Assembly (NCBI GenBank): GCA_025358025.1
Contig: JANYKW010000089.1
Location: 18,629-82,628 of the forward strand
DNA: 64,000 nucleotides
DNA from: Bacteroidia bacterium
Lineage (GTDB): Bacteria; Bacteroidota; Bacteroidia; Bacteroidales; Prolixibacteraceae
Direction of reading: 5' to 3'
Shown: in pieces, positions 46,062-54,452 of the stretch
Position numbering within the stretch: position 1 is the stretch's first letter
How the letters are laid out: each line of letters starts with the position of its first letter
Translations under genes and position numbers: made by a program
Notes under the pieces: generated by a model
What the model saw: only the letters and a program-made list of their open reading frames with translations
Databases searched by the model: none
What the model was told of the DNA's origin: nothing

Positions 46062-48206
46062 ATGGCGAATTTTAAAAAATCAGGATTATTATTTCTTTCA
46101 ATCATCATTTTATCTGCCGGCTCTCTGAGAGCGGATGAAGGGATGTGGATGCTTCCACTTATTCAGAAGCTGAACAGTAAAAAAATGTCAGAGATAGGAT
46201 TTAAACTTTCTGCAAAAGACATTTATGATATCAACAATTCCAGTCTGAAAGATGCAGTGATGCATTTCGGAGGCGGTTGTACAGCAGAAGTGATCTCCGG
46301 TGAGGGTTTGGTTTTGACCAACCACCACTGTGGTTATGGGACCATCCAGAAATTGAGCACCGTTGAACATGATTACCTGCAAAATGGTTATTGGGCGATG
46401 AATCACGATGAAGAGCTTCCAGCCAAAGGCTTGACAGTTATTTTCCTTGACAGGTTTGAAGATGTATCAAAGGCAGTGAATGATGCTATGGCAACAGTAA
46501 ATGACCCAAAAGCCAAAGATGAAGCATTAAAAACCGTTTCAGATCAACTAACAAACAAGGCAATAGGTGATAACAAGTACCTTCGGGGCAGGGTTGTCTC
46601 ATTTTTTGGCGACAACCAATATTACATGGTCATAACAAAAACCTACAATGATATTCGTTTTGTTGGTGCACCTCCCTCCTCAATCGGGAAATTTGGAGCA
46701 GATACCGACAACTGGATGTGGCCCCGTCACACCGGCGATTTCAGCATGTTTCGTATTTATGCCGATAAAGACAACAATCCAGCGGATTATTCCAAAGACA
46801 ATGTGCCCTACAAACCTAAAAAATTCCTTACCATTTCTCTTAAAGGTGTAAACCAGAACGATCCGGCAATGATTATTGGTTATCCGGGAAGAACAAACCG
46901 GTTCATGACTTCATACGAAGTAAAGGAGACTAGTGAAATTACCAATGCCGTTACAATTTTGGTACGGGGAGTACGCCAGGATGTGCTGATGGCTGATATG
47001 GTGGCTGATCCTAAAATCAGGCTGCAATATTCGAGTAAATATGCAGGGTCTTCCAATTTTTGGAAAAAAGCAATTGGCATGAACGAGACCTTTGCCAAAC
47101 TAAAGGTAAGCGAAAGAAGGGCCGCAGAAGAGAAGGCATTTACAGAATGGGTATCTGCGGATCCGGCCAGGGTTGAGAAATATGGCAAAGCGTTGTCGGA
47201 TGTTCAGTCAGCCATTGAAGGAAGAGCTAAACTCCTGACGATCTCAAAATATTACACGGAGGCGCTCAGTGCTATCGAACTGACTTCTGCTGCCCGTCGT
47301 TTTGGACCGCAAATTGAAAGAGCAGATGGAGGCAACAGGGGTGGCAGACCGGAATTAAGCAGCACTCCGGCTGATTTTTATAAAGATTATTGCGCAGCAA
47401 CCGACAAAAAGGTTGCAAAAGCATTGATGAAACTCTTCAAAGAGAAAGTATCCACATCGGATTTGCCTTCATTCTACAAAACAATCAATGAAAGTTACCA
47501 GGGAAATATTGATGCTTATGTAGATGCACTTTTTAATCAGTCCGTTTTTGTTTCTGAAGAAAAACTCAAAGTGGCACTGGCTGGCGATAAAAAAGCCCTG
47601 GAAAAAGATCCTGCCTACCTTGCAGCGATCGATATTTCCACAGCTTCATCAATATACAGCAAAGAACTGGAACAGTATCGCACCTTGTATACAAAGGGAC
47701 AAAAACAATACATTGCAGGTATTCTGGAGATGAAAGCCGGACAGGCCATCTACCCGGATGCAAATTCAACCATGAGGTTAACCTATGGGAAAGTTTTAAA
47801 TTACTCACCCAAAGATGGCGTGATTTTTGATTATGTGACTACATTGGATGGTGTGATGCAGAAAGAGGATCCCAAAAATTGGGAATTTGAAGTACCTGCC
47901 AAACTGAAAGAACTCTACAATGCAAAGGATTACGGTCAATATGCAATGAAAGATGGCAGAATGCCGGTTGCATTCCTTACCAACAACGACATAACCGGGG
48001 GTAATTCAGGTAGCCCTGTATTGAATAAAAAAGGAGAACTGATCGGAACAGCCTTCGATGGCAACTGGGAGTCCATGAGCAGCGACATAATCTTTGAACC
48101 ATCCCTGCAACGCTGTATCAATGTTGATATACGCTATACCCTTTTTATCATGGATAAATTTGGCGGCGCTGGTTATCTGCTTCATGAGATGAAAATTGCC
48201 AAATAG
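46062..48206 (+). CDS. S46-family dipeptidyl-peptidase, DPP7-like
   Basis: 714 aa. The signal peptide is followed by ADEGMWML. LTNHHCGY carries the catalytic His and GGNSGSPV the catalytic Ser. Gly lies 18 residues after the Ser (FDGNW). Confidence 0.85.
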   Translation: MANFKKSGLLFLSIIILSAGSLRADEGMWMLPLIQKLNSKKMSEIGFKLSAKDIYDINNSSLKDAVMHFGGGCTAEVISGEGLVLTNHHCGYGTIQKLSTVEHDYLQNGYWAMNHDEELPAKGLTVIFLDRFEDVSKAVNDAMATVNDPKAKDEALKTVSDQLTNKAIGDNKYLRGRVVSFFGDNQYYMVITKTYNDIRFVGAPPSSIGKFGADTDNWMWPRHTGDFSMFRIYADKDNNPADYSKDNVPYKPKKFLTISLKGVNQNDPAMIIGYPGRTNRFMTSYEVKETSEITNAVTILVRGVRQDVLMADMVADPKIRLQYSSKYAGSSNFWKKAIGMNETFAKLKVSERRAAEEKAFTEWVSADPARVEKYGKALSDVQSAIEGRAKLLTISKYYTEALSAIELTSAARRFGPQIERADGGNRGGRPELSSTPADFYKDYCAATDKKVAKALMKLFKEKVSTSDLPSFYKTINESYQGNIDAYVDALFNQSVFVSEEKLKVALAGDKKALEKDPAYLAAIDISTASSIYSKELEQYRTLYTKGQKQYIAGILEMKAGQAIYPDANSTMRLTYGKVLNYSPKDGVIFDYVTTLDGVMQKEDPKNWEFEVPAKLKELYNAKDYGQYAMKDGRMPVAFLTNNDITGGNSGSPVLNKKGELIGTAFDGNWESMSSDIIFEPSLQRCINVDIRYTLFIMDKFGGAGYLLHEMKIAK

Positions 48207-48211
48207 GGAAA

Positions 48212-48268
48212 ATAGACAGCAAAAAAAGGCTTCAGCTCTCGGAACTGAAGCCTTTTTTTGCTGCCTAT
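48212..48268. terminator. Bidirectional intrinsic terminator between convergent genes
   Basis: ATAGACAGCAAAAAAAGGCTTCAG ... CTGAAGCCTTTTTTTGCTGCCTAT forms 24-nt arms with one mismatch around a 9-nt loop. A GGCTTCAG/CTGAAGCC GC core is flanked by an A-run and a T-run. The structure overlaps the stop of the minus-strand gene. Confidence 0.85.
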
Positions 48269-49161
48269 TTTTTGAAAAGATCAAACTGATCGGCAATTTT
48301 AGCCTCACTCACATTTCCGCCGTGTACGATTACCCTGTAGCGCAACACCAGCTTTTCGCCTTTCTTCATGACCGTCTCCTTGTCATCTTTTGGCCAATAC
48401 ATGGGTGTCGGAGAAAAAAAGCCATAATCACGTGTAAACCAGGGAGATGGATACCATGGATTGGATGGATGCTGCAGAATCGCCATCCCCTCTACAAAAT
48501 CACCCCGCTTGCCGGAAAAGTCCATCCAGGGCGATGTTTTACCAAAGGTTGCCTTTTCACCGCTCTCACCCTCAGCATTCACAAGCGTTCCGCCATTATT
48601 GACAGAAAGATCTGCCGCCATCCGGGCGCTGAAAAGAGAATGGTTGGTTTTTTTGATTGAAACATCCAACAGCATCTCCATGGTGATCTCCACATCAATC
48701 AGCCGAACCACGGCAGAAGGTGAAGTAATGACAAATTTGCGGCTGTCTTTAACGGGAGAGCCGGCACCGGGTCTGCTCCATATGCATTCATCCGTTACAA
48801 CAACTGAGTCGCCGCCTTCCTTCAGAATTTCAGCATTCACTGAGATGATACGTCCACGCTCCAGCCCCTCCTGCCAGTAATTCCCACCGTTCACCTGGTC
48901 GCAACCAAAGAAAAGTGAGCTGTGATGGGGATATTCGCCATTCCGCATCGAGGTAACAGATCCTCCCGAAAGCGGTCCATTGACCGGATAGAAAAAAGGA
49001 TATTTCTCGTCTGCCGAGAAAATATAACTGGTGAAATACTTTCCATCAATGGTAACATTGATTTTGGATCCCACCTTTACTGCCGTGAGCTTTGCCGCCT
49101 GTAGTTGGAATGCATAGCTTAACAAAAGTACAAGAACAATAAAAATTTTTACCTGCTTCAT
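48265..49161 (-). CDS. DUF6807 (PmoA-like) family protein, secreted
   Basis: 298 aa with signal peptide LLLSYAFQLQA. The core YPFFYPVNGPLSGGSVTSMRNGEYPHHSSLFFGCDQVNGGNYWQE matches my recollection of the DUF6807 signature (P-x-hPl...DHpHH-Glwf...vNg-dFW). Confidence 0.65.
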   Translation of the reverse strand: MKQVKIFIVLVLLLSYAFQLQAAKLTAVKVGSKINVTIDGKYFTSYIFSADEKYPFFYPVNGPLSGGSVTSMRNGEYPHHSSLFFGCDQVNGGNYWQEGLERGRIISVNAEILKEGGDSVVVTDECIWSRPGAGSPVKDSRKFVITSPSAVVRLIDVEITMEMLLDVSIKKTNHSLFSARMAADLSVNNGGTLVNAEGESGEKATFGKTSPWMDFSGKRGDFVEGMAILQHPSNPWYPSPWFTRDYGFFSPTPMYWPKDDKETVMKKGEKLVLRYRVIVHGGNVSEAKIADQFDLFKK

Positions 49162-49259
49162 AAAAAAGTGATCTAAGTGAACAAAAGTGACAAAGTAGAT
49201 GTGATTTCATACCAAAGCACAATCTCATCTCTTATATCTCATGTATCATCTCTTATAAC

Positions 49260-50639
49260 TCATAACTTGATATTCGTGGTACCATACGGAAACCTCTGCG
49301 ATCTGGACAGCAACTTATTGGCCTCATCGTCCTTTATAAATTTTTCCGTATCCGGATTCCAATCCAATTTCCGTCCCAGTTTCATGGAAATGTGTGTTAT
49401 AAGACATACAGAACAGGCCCTGTGACCCTTTTCGACGGGAGAAATTGGCTCTTTGCCTGATTTGATGCAGTCGAGCCAGTTTTGATGCTGGTTGTCAATT
49501 TTGTACAGATGAACCTCATTCTCTTTGATCACGGAGGTCAGGATCTTTGGATCACTGGCATTCAAAGCATTGCTGCTCCTGCCTTTTGTAACAGGATCAC
49601 TTGCCGATGCAGTATAATTTCCTCTGGTTACAAATATCCATCCTTCACTTCCTTCGTAACGGATGCCATTGGGATAGGCGCCGCTGGTAAGCATCGTGAT
49701 GCCATTTTTATATTCGGCTACCGCCAGAAAATCGCCGTGCACATCCCACAACCCGGATTTTGGGAAGGTAGCCATCGCATTGATGGAGATAGGTCCGGTA
49801 TATTCCGTATCCATACCCCAGGCAGCCGAATCGAAGTGGTGTTGTCCCCATCCTGTGATCATCCCTGCTCCAAACTGCTCGCACCGCAACCAACCCGGAC
49901 GGTCGCTCATGCTGTTCTGGGGATGAACGCGGATCTCGGTATAATAGATCCCGGGGGTTGAACCCAGCCACATATCGTAATTGAGATTTTTCGGAACAGG
50001 CATCTCAGGGGCTTCCGGACCTGCGGGATCACCGGGTAAACCGATTTTGACCGTATGTAGTTTGCCAATCCTGCCGTTTCTCACCAATTCGGCAGCGATT
50101 CTGAACTGTGGCATCGCCCGCTGCTGGGTACCCTGCTGAAAGATATTTCCTTTTTTCTTAACAATATCCGCCAACATGCGTCCTTCTGCTATGGTAAGGG
50201 AGGTTGGTTTCTGGAGATAAACATGCTTTCCGGCAAGCGTAGCCTCAATGGCAGGTTGGGCATGCCAGTGGTCAGGGGTGGAGATCATAACGGCATCTAT
50301 ATCCTTGTTTAGCAGCATCTCGCGATAATCGCCATAAGTTTTCACATCGACAGCTGTTTGGCTGCCGCTTTTTTTTGCGTAAAAATCTTCGATAAACTGT
50401 TTGCCTTTTGCTACTCTGTTTGAATCCAGATCTGCTACCGCGATAACCCTTGCCATATCTATTGGGAGGGTTTCAGCCAGGTCATGCCCCATGGCAATCC
50501 TGCCAAAGCCTATCTGGGCTACATTGATCTTGTTACTGGGTGCATTTGCCCCAAAAACTGAAGAGGGAACAATTGTAGGGACAATCAATCCTCCAGCCAT
50601 GACGGCTGAGGAGCTTTTCAGAAAATTTCTTCTTTCCAT
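49260..50639 (-). CDS. Gfo/Idh/MocA-family NAD(P)-dependent oxidoreductase with twin-arginine (TAT) signal
   Basis: 459 aa with MERRNFLKSSSAVMAG (S/T-RRxFLK), the Rossmann start INVAQIGFGRIAMGH, and DAVMISTPDHWH plus GKHVYLQKP, typical of the family. Confidence 0.85.
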   Translation of the reverse strand: MERRNFLKSSSAVMAGGLIVPTIVPSSVFGANAPSNKINVAQIGFGRIAMGHDLAETLPIDMARVIAVADLDSNRVAKGKQFIEDFYAKKSGSQTAVDVKTYGDYREMLLNKDIDAVMISTPDHWHAQPAIEATLAGKHVYLQKPTSLTIAEGRMLADIVKKKGNIFQQGTQQRAMPQFRIAAELVRNGRIGKLHTVKIGLPGDPAGPEAPEMPVPKNLNYDMWLGSTPGIYYTEIRVHPQNSMSDRPGWLRCEQFGAGMITGWGQHHFDSAAWGMDTEYTGPISINAMATFPKSGLWDVHGDFLAVAEYKNGITMLTSGAYPNGIRYEGSEGWIFVTRGNYTASASDPVTKGRSSNALNASDPKILTSVIKENEVHLYKIDNQHQNWLDCIKSGKEPISPVEKGHRACSVCLITHISMKLGRKLDWNPDTEKFIKDDEANKLLSRSQRFPYGTTNIKL

Positions 50640-50708
50640 TAGTTTGGATGATTGAAAATGATTAATAAACCTGATTTTTAATGTTTTGAATGATTCTCAG
50701 TTAGGAAT

Positions 50709-51119
50709 TTATTTTGGAAATGATATTGTTTTTATGTACTCTTCGAGCCTTTCAGCATTGTAAATTCCGGCAACTTGTCTGGACCTGTTGTTGGCTAGTT
50801 TGATTATAAAATAATCTTTGAAGAAAATTCGTCTCACTTTCATTGATTTCACATCTTTCAAATATATTTCACTCTGCGCATTCATTAAAATTGCAATTAC
50901 AAGAAAAATCAAGCCTAATATTCCGATACTTATTCCACTCCATTGTGCGTGAATGTCATTATGCTTAAAGAAATTCATCAGATTATAGAGTCCAAAAAGA
51001 ATCAATATACAGGAGGATAAAAGTCTGGACCGCTTTAAATTCCTCGCATTGTCCGTAATTAAAATCTTGTCCTGATCAAATACAATTTTACCTTTTTTGA
51101 GTTCGAAAGTGTTGTTCAT
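50709..51119 (-). CDS. Hypothetical small membrane protein (two predicted TM helices)
   Basis: 136-aa ORF in operon context with hydrophobic segments LLSSCILILFGLYNLMNFF and ISIGILGLIFLVIAILM. No family was recognised. Confidence 0.55.
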   Translation of the reverse strand: MNNTFELKKGKIVFDQDKILITDNARNLKRSRLLSSCILILFGLYNLMNFFKHNDIHAQWSGISIGILGLIFLVIAILMNAQSEIYLKDVKSMKVRRIFFKDYFIIKLANNRSRQVAGIYNAERLEEYIKTISFPK

Positions 51120-51151
51120 CTGTTTATTGAATTGATTAATTGGTGAAAAAA

Positions 51152-52186
51152 TTACTGAAAATCTTTTACTGCATTCACGAAAGCCTTGAGGTTATCTGTC
51201 GGCACATTTTGGGGAATCCCCCCACCGCATGACCAGATGATCCGCTGGTGATCTGCCGCCTCTCTCATCATCTTTTGGGTGGCAGAATATACTTCATCAG
51301 GCTTACCTGCCGCGAGCACATCACGCGGTGGCAGATTGCCAATCAGGGCAACTTCTGCACCAGCCAGATCCCTTATCTGATTAATTGGATGATCGAAAGC
51401 AAAATTAAACAGGTTCACTCCCATCTCCTTGAGAAAGGGTGCACAAGTCAGTCCAAAAGCATCGTTGTGAAAGAAACAAATTTTCGAATCGATGGCACTG
51501 AAACTACGCTTTAAATAGGGCACAACATATTCCCTGCAATCATCCTCCCCCACAAAACCTACAATGTCATCCAGCAACAGCATACCTTCGATGGAAGGGA
51601 AACAGGTTTTCTGGTAGCGGACCCACTCCTCAATAAATTTTGTGATTTTCCCCAGTAATTCGTGTGCCTTATCCGGATCCATTGCCAGCAGAAGCAAAAA
51701 TTCGGTAGTACCCATTAAAAAAGTGGCGATATTCAATGGTCCGCGGGTTACAGCAAATTTGATTCGATGTCCTTTCTTCCTGATTGCCGGTTCCATCAAT
51801 TTCAGCCTGTTGATCATAAATGGCAGCAAACCGTCGCAGGTCACATTGGGTTGCGGAAGCACGTCGATATCTTCATCCGAACGAATCACCTTCTCGGCAT
51901 GAGGCAGATTGGACTCGTACCAGACCGACCTCGCTCCAAAGGCAGAGGGTTCTGTGCACATACCATATTCAGACCAGAATCCCGGCAAGAAAGTTACGTC
52001 AGGAAAATCCTCCATTGCCTTCAGATTGGTCCTCAGCCAGATTTCATCCGATGAATAGTAATCCAAAGTCGAAATACCTGCCCAACCAGGCAACCATGGA
52101 CTATCAATAATAAATCCAACCGCCTTTTTATCAGCACTTCTTCCCTCAACAACAGCCAAAAGTGCTTCCCACTGCTTGTTCGTCAT
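51152..52186 (-). CDS. Uroporphyrinogen-decarboxylase (URO-D/MtaA-like) family protein, function unknown
   Basis: 344 aa, cytoplasmic. Overall length and segments (GFWSEYGMCTEPSAFG, LLLDDIVGFVGEDD, IWSCGGGIPQNVP) resemble URO-D-like TIM barrels found in Bacteroidota carbohydrate loci. The family call is from memory. Confidence 0.5.
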   Translation of the reverse strand: MTNKQWEALLAVVEGRSADKKAVGFIIDSPWLPGWAGISTLDYYSSDEIWLRTNLKAMEDFPDVTFLPGFWSEYGMCTEPSAFGARSVWYESNLPHAEKVIRSDEDIDVLPQPNVTCDGLLPFMINRLKLMEPAIRKKGHRIKFAVTRGPLNIATFLMGTTEFLLLLAMDPDKAHELLGKITKFIEEWVRYQKTCFPSIEGMLLLDDIVGFVGEDDCREYVVPYLKRSFSAIDSKICFFHNDAFGLTCAPFLKEMGVNLFNFAFDHPINQIRDLAGAEVALIGNLPPRDVLAAGKPDEVYSATQKMMREAADHQRIIWSCGGGIPQNVPTDNLKAFVNAVKDFQ

Positions 52187-52273
52187 TTCCTCGTTCTATT
52201 TTACTTCAAATATAGCTTTTTAAGCACCTCCCATATTGTCGCATGAAGAAAAAATGCCACACAATCTGCACAT

Positions 52274-53419
52274 TTAAAGTGCCCGTTTGCTAAAATACCG
52301 TTCGGCATTTTTGCAGAAAATTTTATCGATTACTTCTTTGGGAAGTTGTAACCCCTTTACCTTGGAGGCCGGCATATCTTTCATGACAACAGTAGAATCG
52401 GTGGCAAGATAAAGCCATTGGTTCAACCATGTTCGCCGCATTCCCTCACCCACCTTAGTATAATCAATAGACATGTCATTTACAGACATATCTGATCCAT
52501 AGATTATCCGATCCTGGTAATGGATAAGAAATGTTCTTACCCGCTCCCTGTCAACCGCCGACTGGTACTGCAAATGACTGATTCTTGCGGCCAGATCCGC
52601 CTTCAATTGCGGATATTTGTCAAAACTTTCTGACAATGCATCCACACTCCATTCTTCACTGGCAAGATGTGCACCAATAAACTCAAGGTCAGGATGTTTC
52701 TGCATCAAACGGTTACGTGCACCAATCTGATCTTCATAGGAGGGATATTCAGGATGAAGAAACATATGATATTGAGAATGGTTGAGGTAATACCTTTTAT
52801 CATTGGGGGTTGTCATCTGCTCAAACGGCAGCCAGCAGTTTTTGGGTTCCCCCAGATGGGCTATCAATGGTATCCGGTTTGTTGCAAGGTAATTAAAAAT
52901 TGTGTCAAAACCGGCATGGTCGGCCATAACGAACTTTCCCGTCTTGTCACGCAGGGTCATCCCAATATTCTTCCAGATCTTAATACCAGAGGCTCCTGCT
53001 TCCATACTCTTCCTGATAAACGACAATGTTTCCTTGCAAAAATGGGCTGTTTCAAAGCTGTCGACCGAAAAGGTACCCCAAAAAGCAAACTTATCAGGAT
53101 AATCCTGCTTAATCTTCCCGGTTATTTCAAATTGCCTGTCAATAGACATTTCTGTATCAACATTGGGAGATATTAACCTGAAATTTAATGAGTCTGCGAA
53201 TTTCAGGAACCGGATATCGGATGTATTGTAGTGAAAATGAACATCAATTTTGGGAATTTTTTCGAAATCGGAAACATTGTAATATTGTTCCTTTGAAGAT
53301 GACATGTTGCTGTTACTCCCTTTATAAATGTATATTGTAATGAAAATTAAACAAATCAGGAGCGAAAGAAACATCCATCCTTTTGGTATATCGTAAAACA
53401 GATTCTTTGGCTTAATCAT
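52274..53419 (-). CDS. Membrane-anchored amidohydrolase-2-like (TIM-barrel metal hydrolase) protein
   Basis: 381 aa with one N-terminal TM helix (WMFLSLLICLIFITIYIY), the IDVHFHY (HxH) motif, IAHLGEP, and a GSDMS-type C-terminal metal ligand region. Confidence 0.5.
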   Translation of the reverse strand: MIKPKNLFYDIPKGWMFLSLLICLIFITIYIYKGSNSNMSSSKEQYYNVSDFEKIPKIDVHFHYNTSDIRFLKFADSLNFRLISPNVDTEMSIDRQFEITGKIKQDYPDKFAFWGTFSVDSFETAHFCKETLSFIRKSMEAGASGIKIWKNIGMTLRDKTGKFVMADHAGFDTIFNYLATNRIPLIAHLGEPKNCWLPFEQMTTPNDKRYYLNHSQYHMFLHPEYPSYEDQIGARNRLMQKHPDLEFIGAHLASEEWSVDALSESFDKYPQLKADLAARISHLQYQSAVDRERVRTFLIHYQDRIIYGSDMSVNDMSIDYTKVGEGMRRTWLNQWLYLATDSTVVMKDMPASKVKGLQLPKEVIDKIFCKNAERYFSKRAL

Positions 53420-53467
53420 ATTGTCCCGGATTATCCTGCATCTAAAATTACGATTAATTTTTCATTT

Positions 53468-53502
53468 CATACCTGACAGGTTTTAAAAACCTGTCAGGTA
53501 TG
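53468..53502. promoter_or_regulatory. 35-bp perfect palindrome (17-nt arms around one central A) in a divergent promoter region; candidate operator or leader hairpin
   Basis: CATACCTGACAGGTTTT-A-AAAACCTGTCAGGTATG. Each arm contains the 9-bp palindrome CCTGWCAGG. It lies between genes starting at 53419 (minus) and 53590 (plus), immediately upstream of a TAAATTTG -7 box. Confidence 0.6.
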
Positions 53503-53528
53503 AAGATAAGTTTATTCTATTTATTTAC

Positions 53529-53536
53529 TAAATTTG
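53529..53536 (+). promoter_or_regulatory. Candidate -7 box TAAATTTG for the 53590-57526 operon
   Basis: Exact TAnnTTTG match 54 nt upstream of the ATG at 53590. Confidence 0.35.
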
Positions 53537-53589
53537 ACTGACATAACTATTCAACTTTTACTAATTACCCAACAATTTAAATCGAGCAA

Positions 53590-54420
53590 ATGCAAGGAGT
53601 CGTCCGTCTTGGAATCAACATGGAGTTTGTGCGCCACCACGATATGTCTTTTGCCAAAGGGGTTGCAAAAGCAGCAGAAATCGGTTATGAGTATATAGAA
53701 CCGATGGTTCATCTTGGCAGGGAACTGCTCAGCGAAGCAGGATATTTTCACTCGGTATCGCTTTTCGATGATCCTTTGTGGGTCAAAGAGCTATGTGTAC
53801 AACATAGGGTCAAACTCTCCGGCTTATCATCACACACGCCACTATGCAAACCCGAAATCAGTGTCGAATATTTGAAAATGGCAATCAGATGGGCTTCCCA
53901 GGCAGGGGCACCCGTTGTGAACACAGATGAAGGTCCTAAACCATTCTGGACTTCAAAGGAACTGGATTACCAGTTAATGAAATATACTTTGACAGAAGCT
54001 TCCATGGTAGCTGAACGTCACGGCATCCAAATTGGATTGGAACCTCACCAGCAATACAGCAAGACTCCGGATGGACTCGACAGTATCCATGCCCTGGTCG
54101 CTTCTTCTGCAATCGGCATCAATTTTGATACCGGAAATAGTTACCTCGCAGGTGGTTCGGATGTTTACGAATGGCTTGAAAGGGTGAAAGGCCGGTTGGT
54201 ACATTTGCACGCAAAAGATATCAGTCTGTCTCAGAGTGAAGCCCAAAGGGGCAAAGTAACAGGGACTCCGGTAGGATGTGCCTGCGGAGACGGTGTTGTA
54301 GACTGGAAACGGGTCATCGATATTGTGAAATCATCCGGCAAAGAAATAGTATTCAGCGTGGAGTGCGGGACCATCGACCAGGCAATCCGTAGTTTTGAAC
54401 ACCTCTCCCCTCTCCTGTAA
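53590..54420 (+). CDS. Sugar-phosphate isomerase/epimerase (xylose-isomerase-like TIM barrel) family protein
   Basis: 276 aa with GYEYIEP, GLEPH, INFDTGNSYLAG, HLHAKD and SVECG metal-ligand-type segments typical of the AP_endonuc_2 fold. Confidence 0.8.
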   Translation: MQGVVRLGINMEFVRHHDMSFAKGVAKAAEIGYEYIEPMVHLGRELLSEAGYFHSVSLFDDPLWVKELCVQHRVKLSGLSSHTPLCKPEISVEYLKMAIRWASQAGAPVVNTDEGPKPFWTSKELDYQLMKYTLTEASMVAERHGIQIGLEPHQQYSKTPDGLDSIHALVASSAIGINFDTGNSYLAGGSDVYEWLERVKGRLVHLHAKDISLSQSEAQRGKVTGTPVGCACGDGVVDWKRVIDIVKSSGKEIVFSVECGTIDQAIRSFEHLSPLL

Positions 54421-54452
54421 TCCTTTGTAAATTGAAAATAAAACCGATTCCA

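Noticed and set aside
48006-48660. ORFs 48006-48308 (minus) and 48196-48660 (plus) that cross the convergent gene junction
   Set aside because: Both read through the bidirectional terminator hairpin (hence the mirrored QQKKAS peptides) and overlap real genes in other frames.
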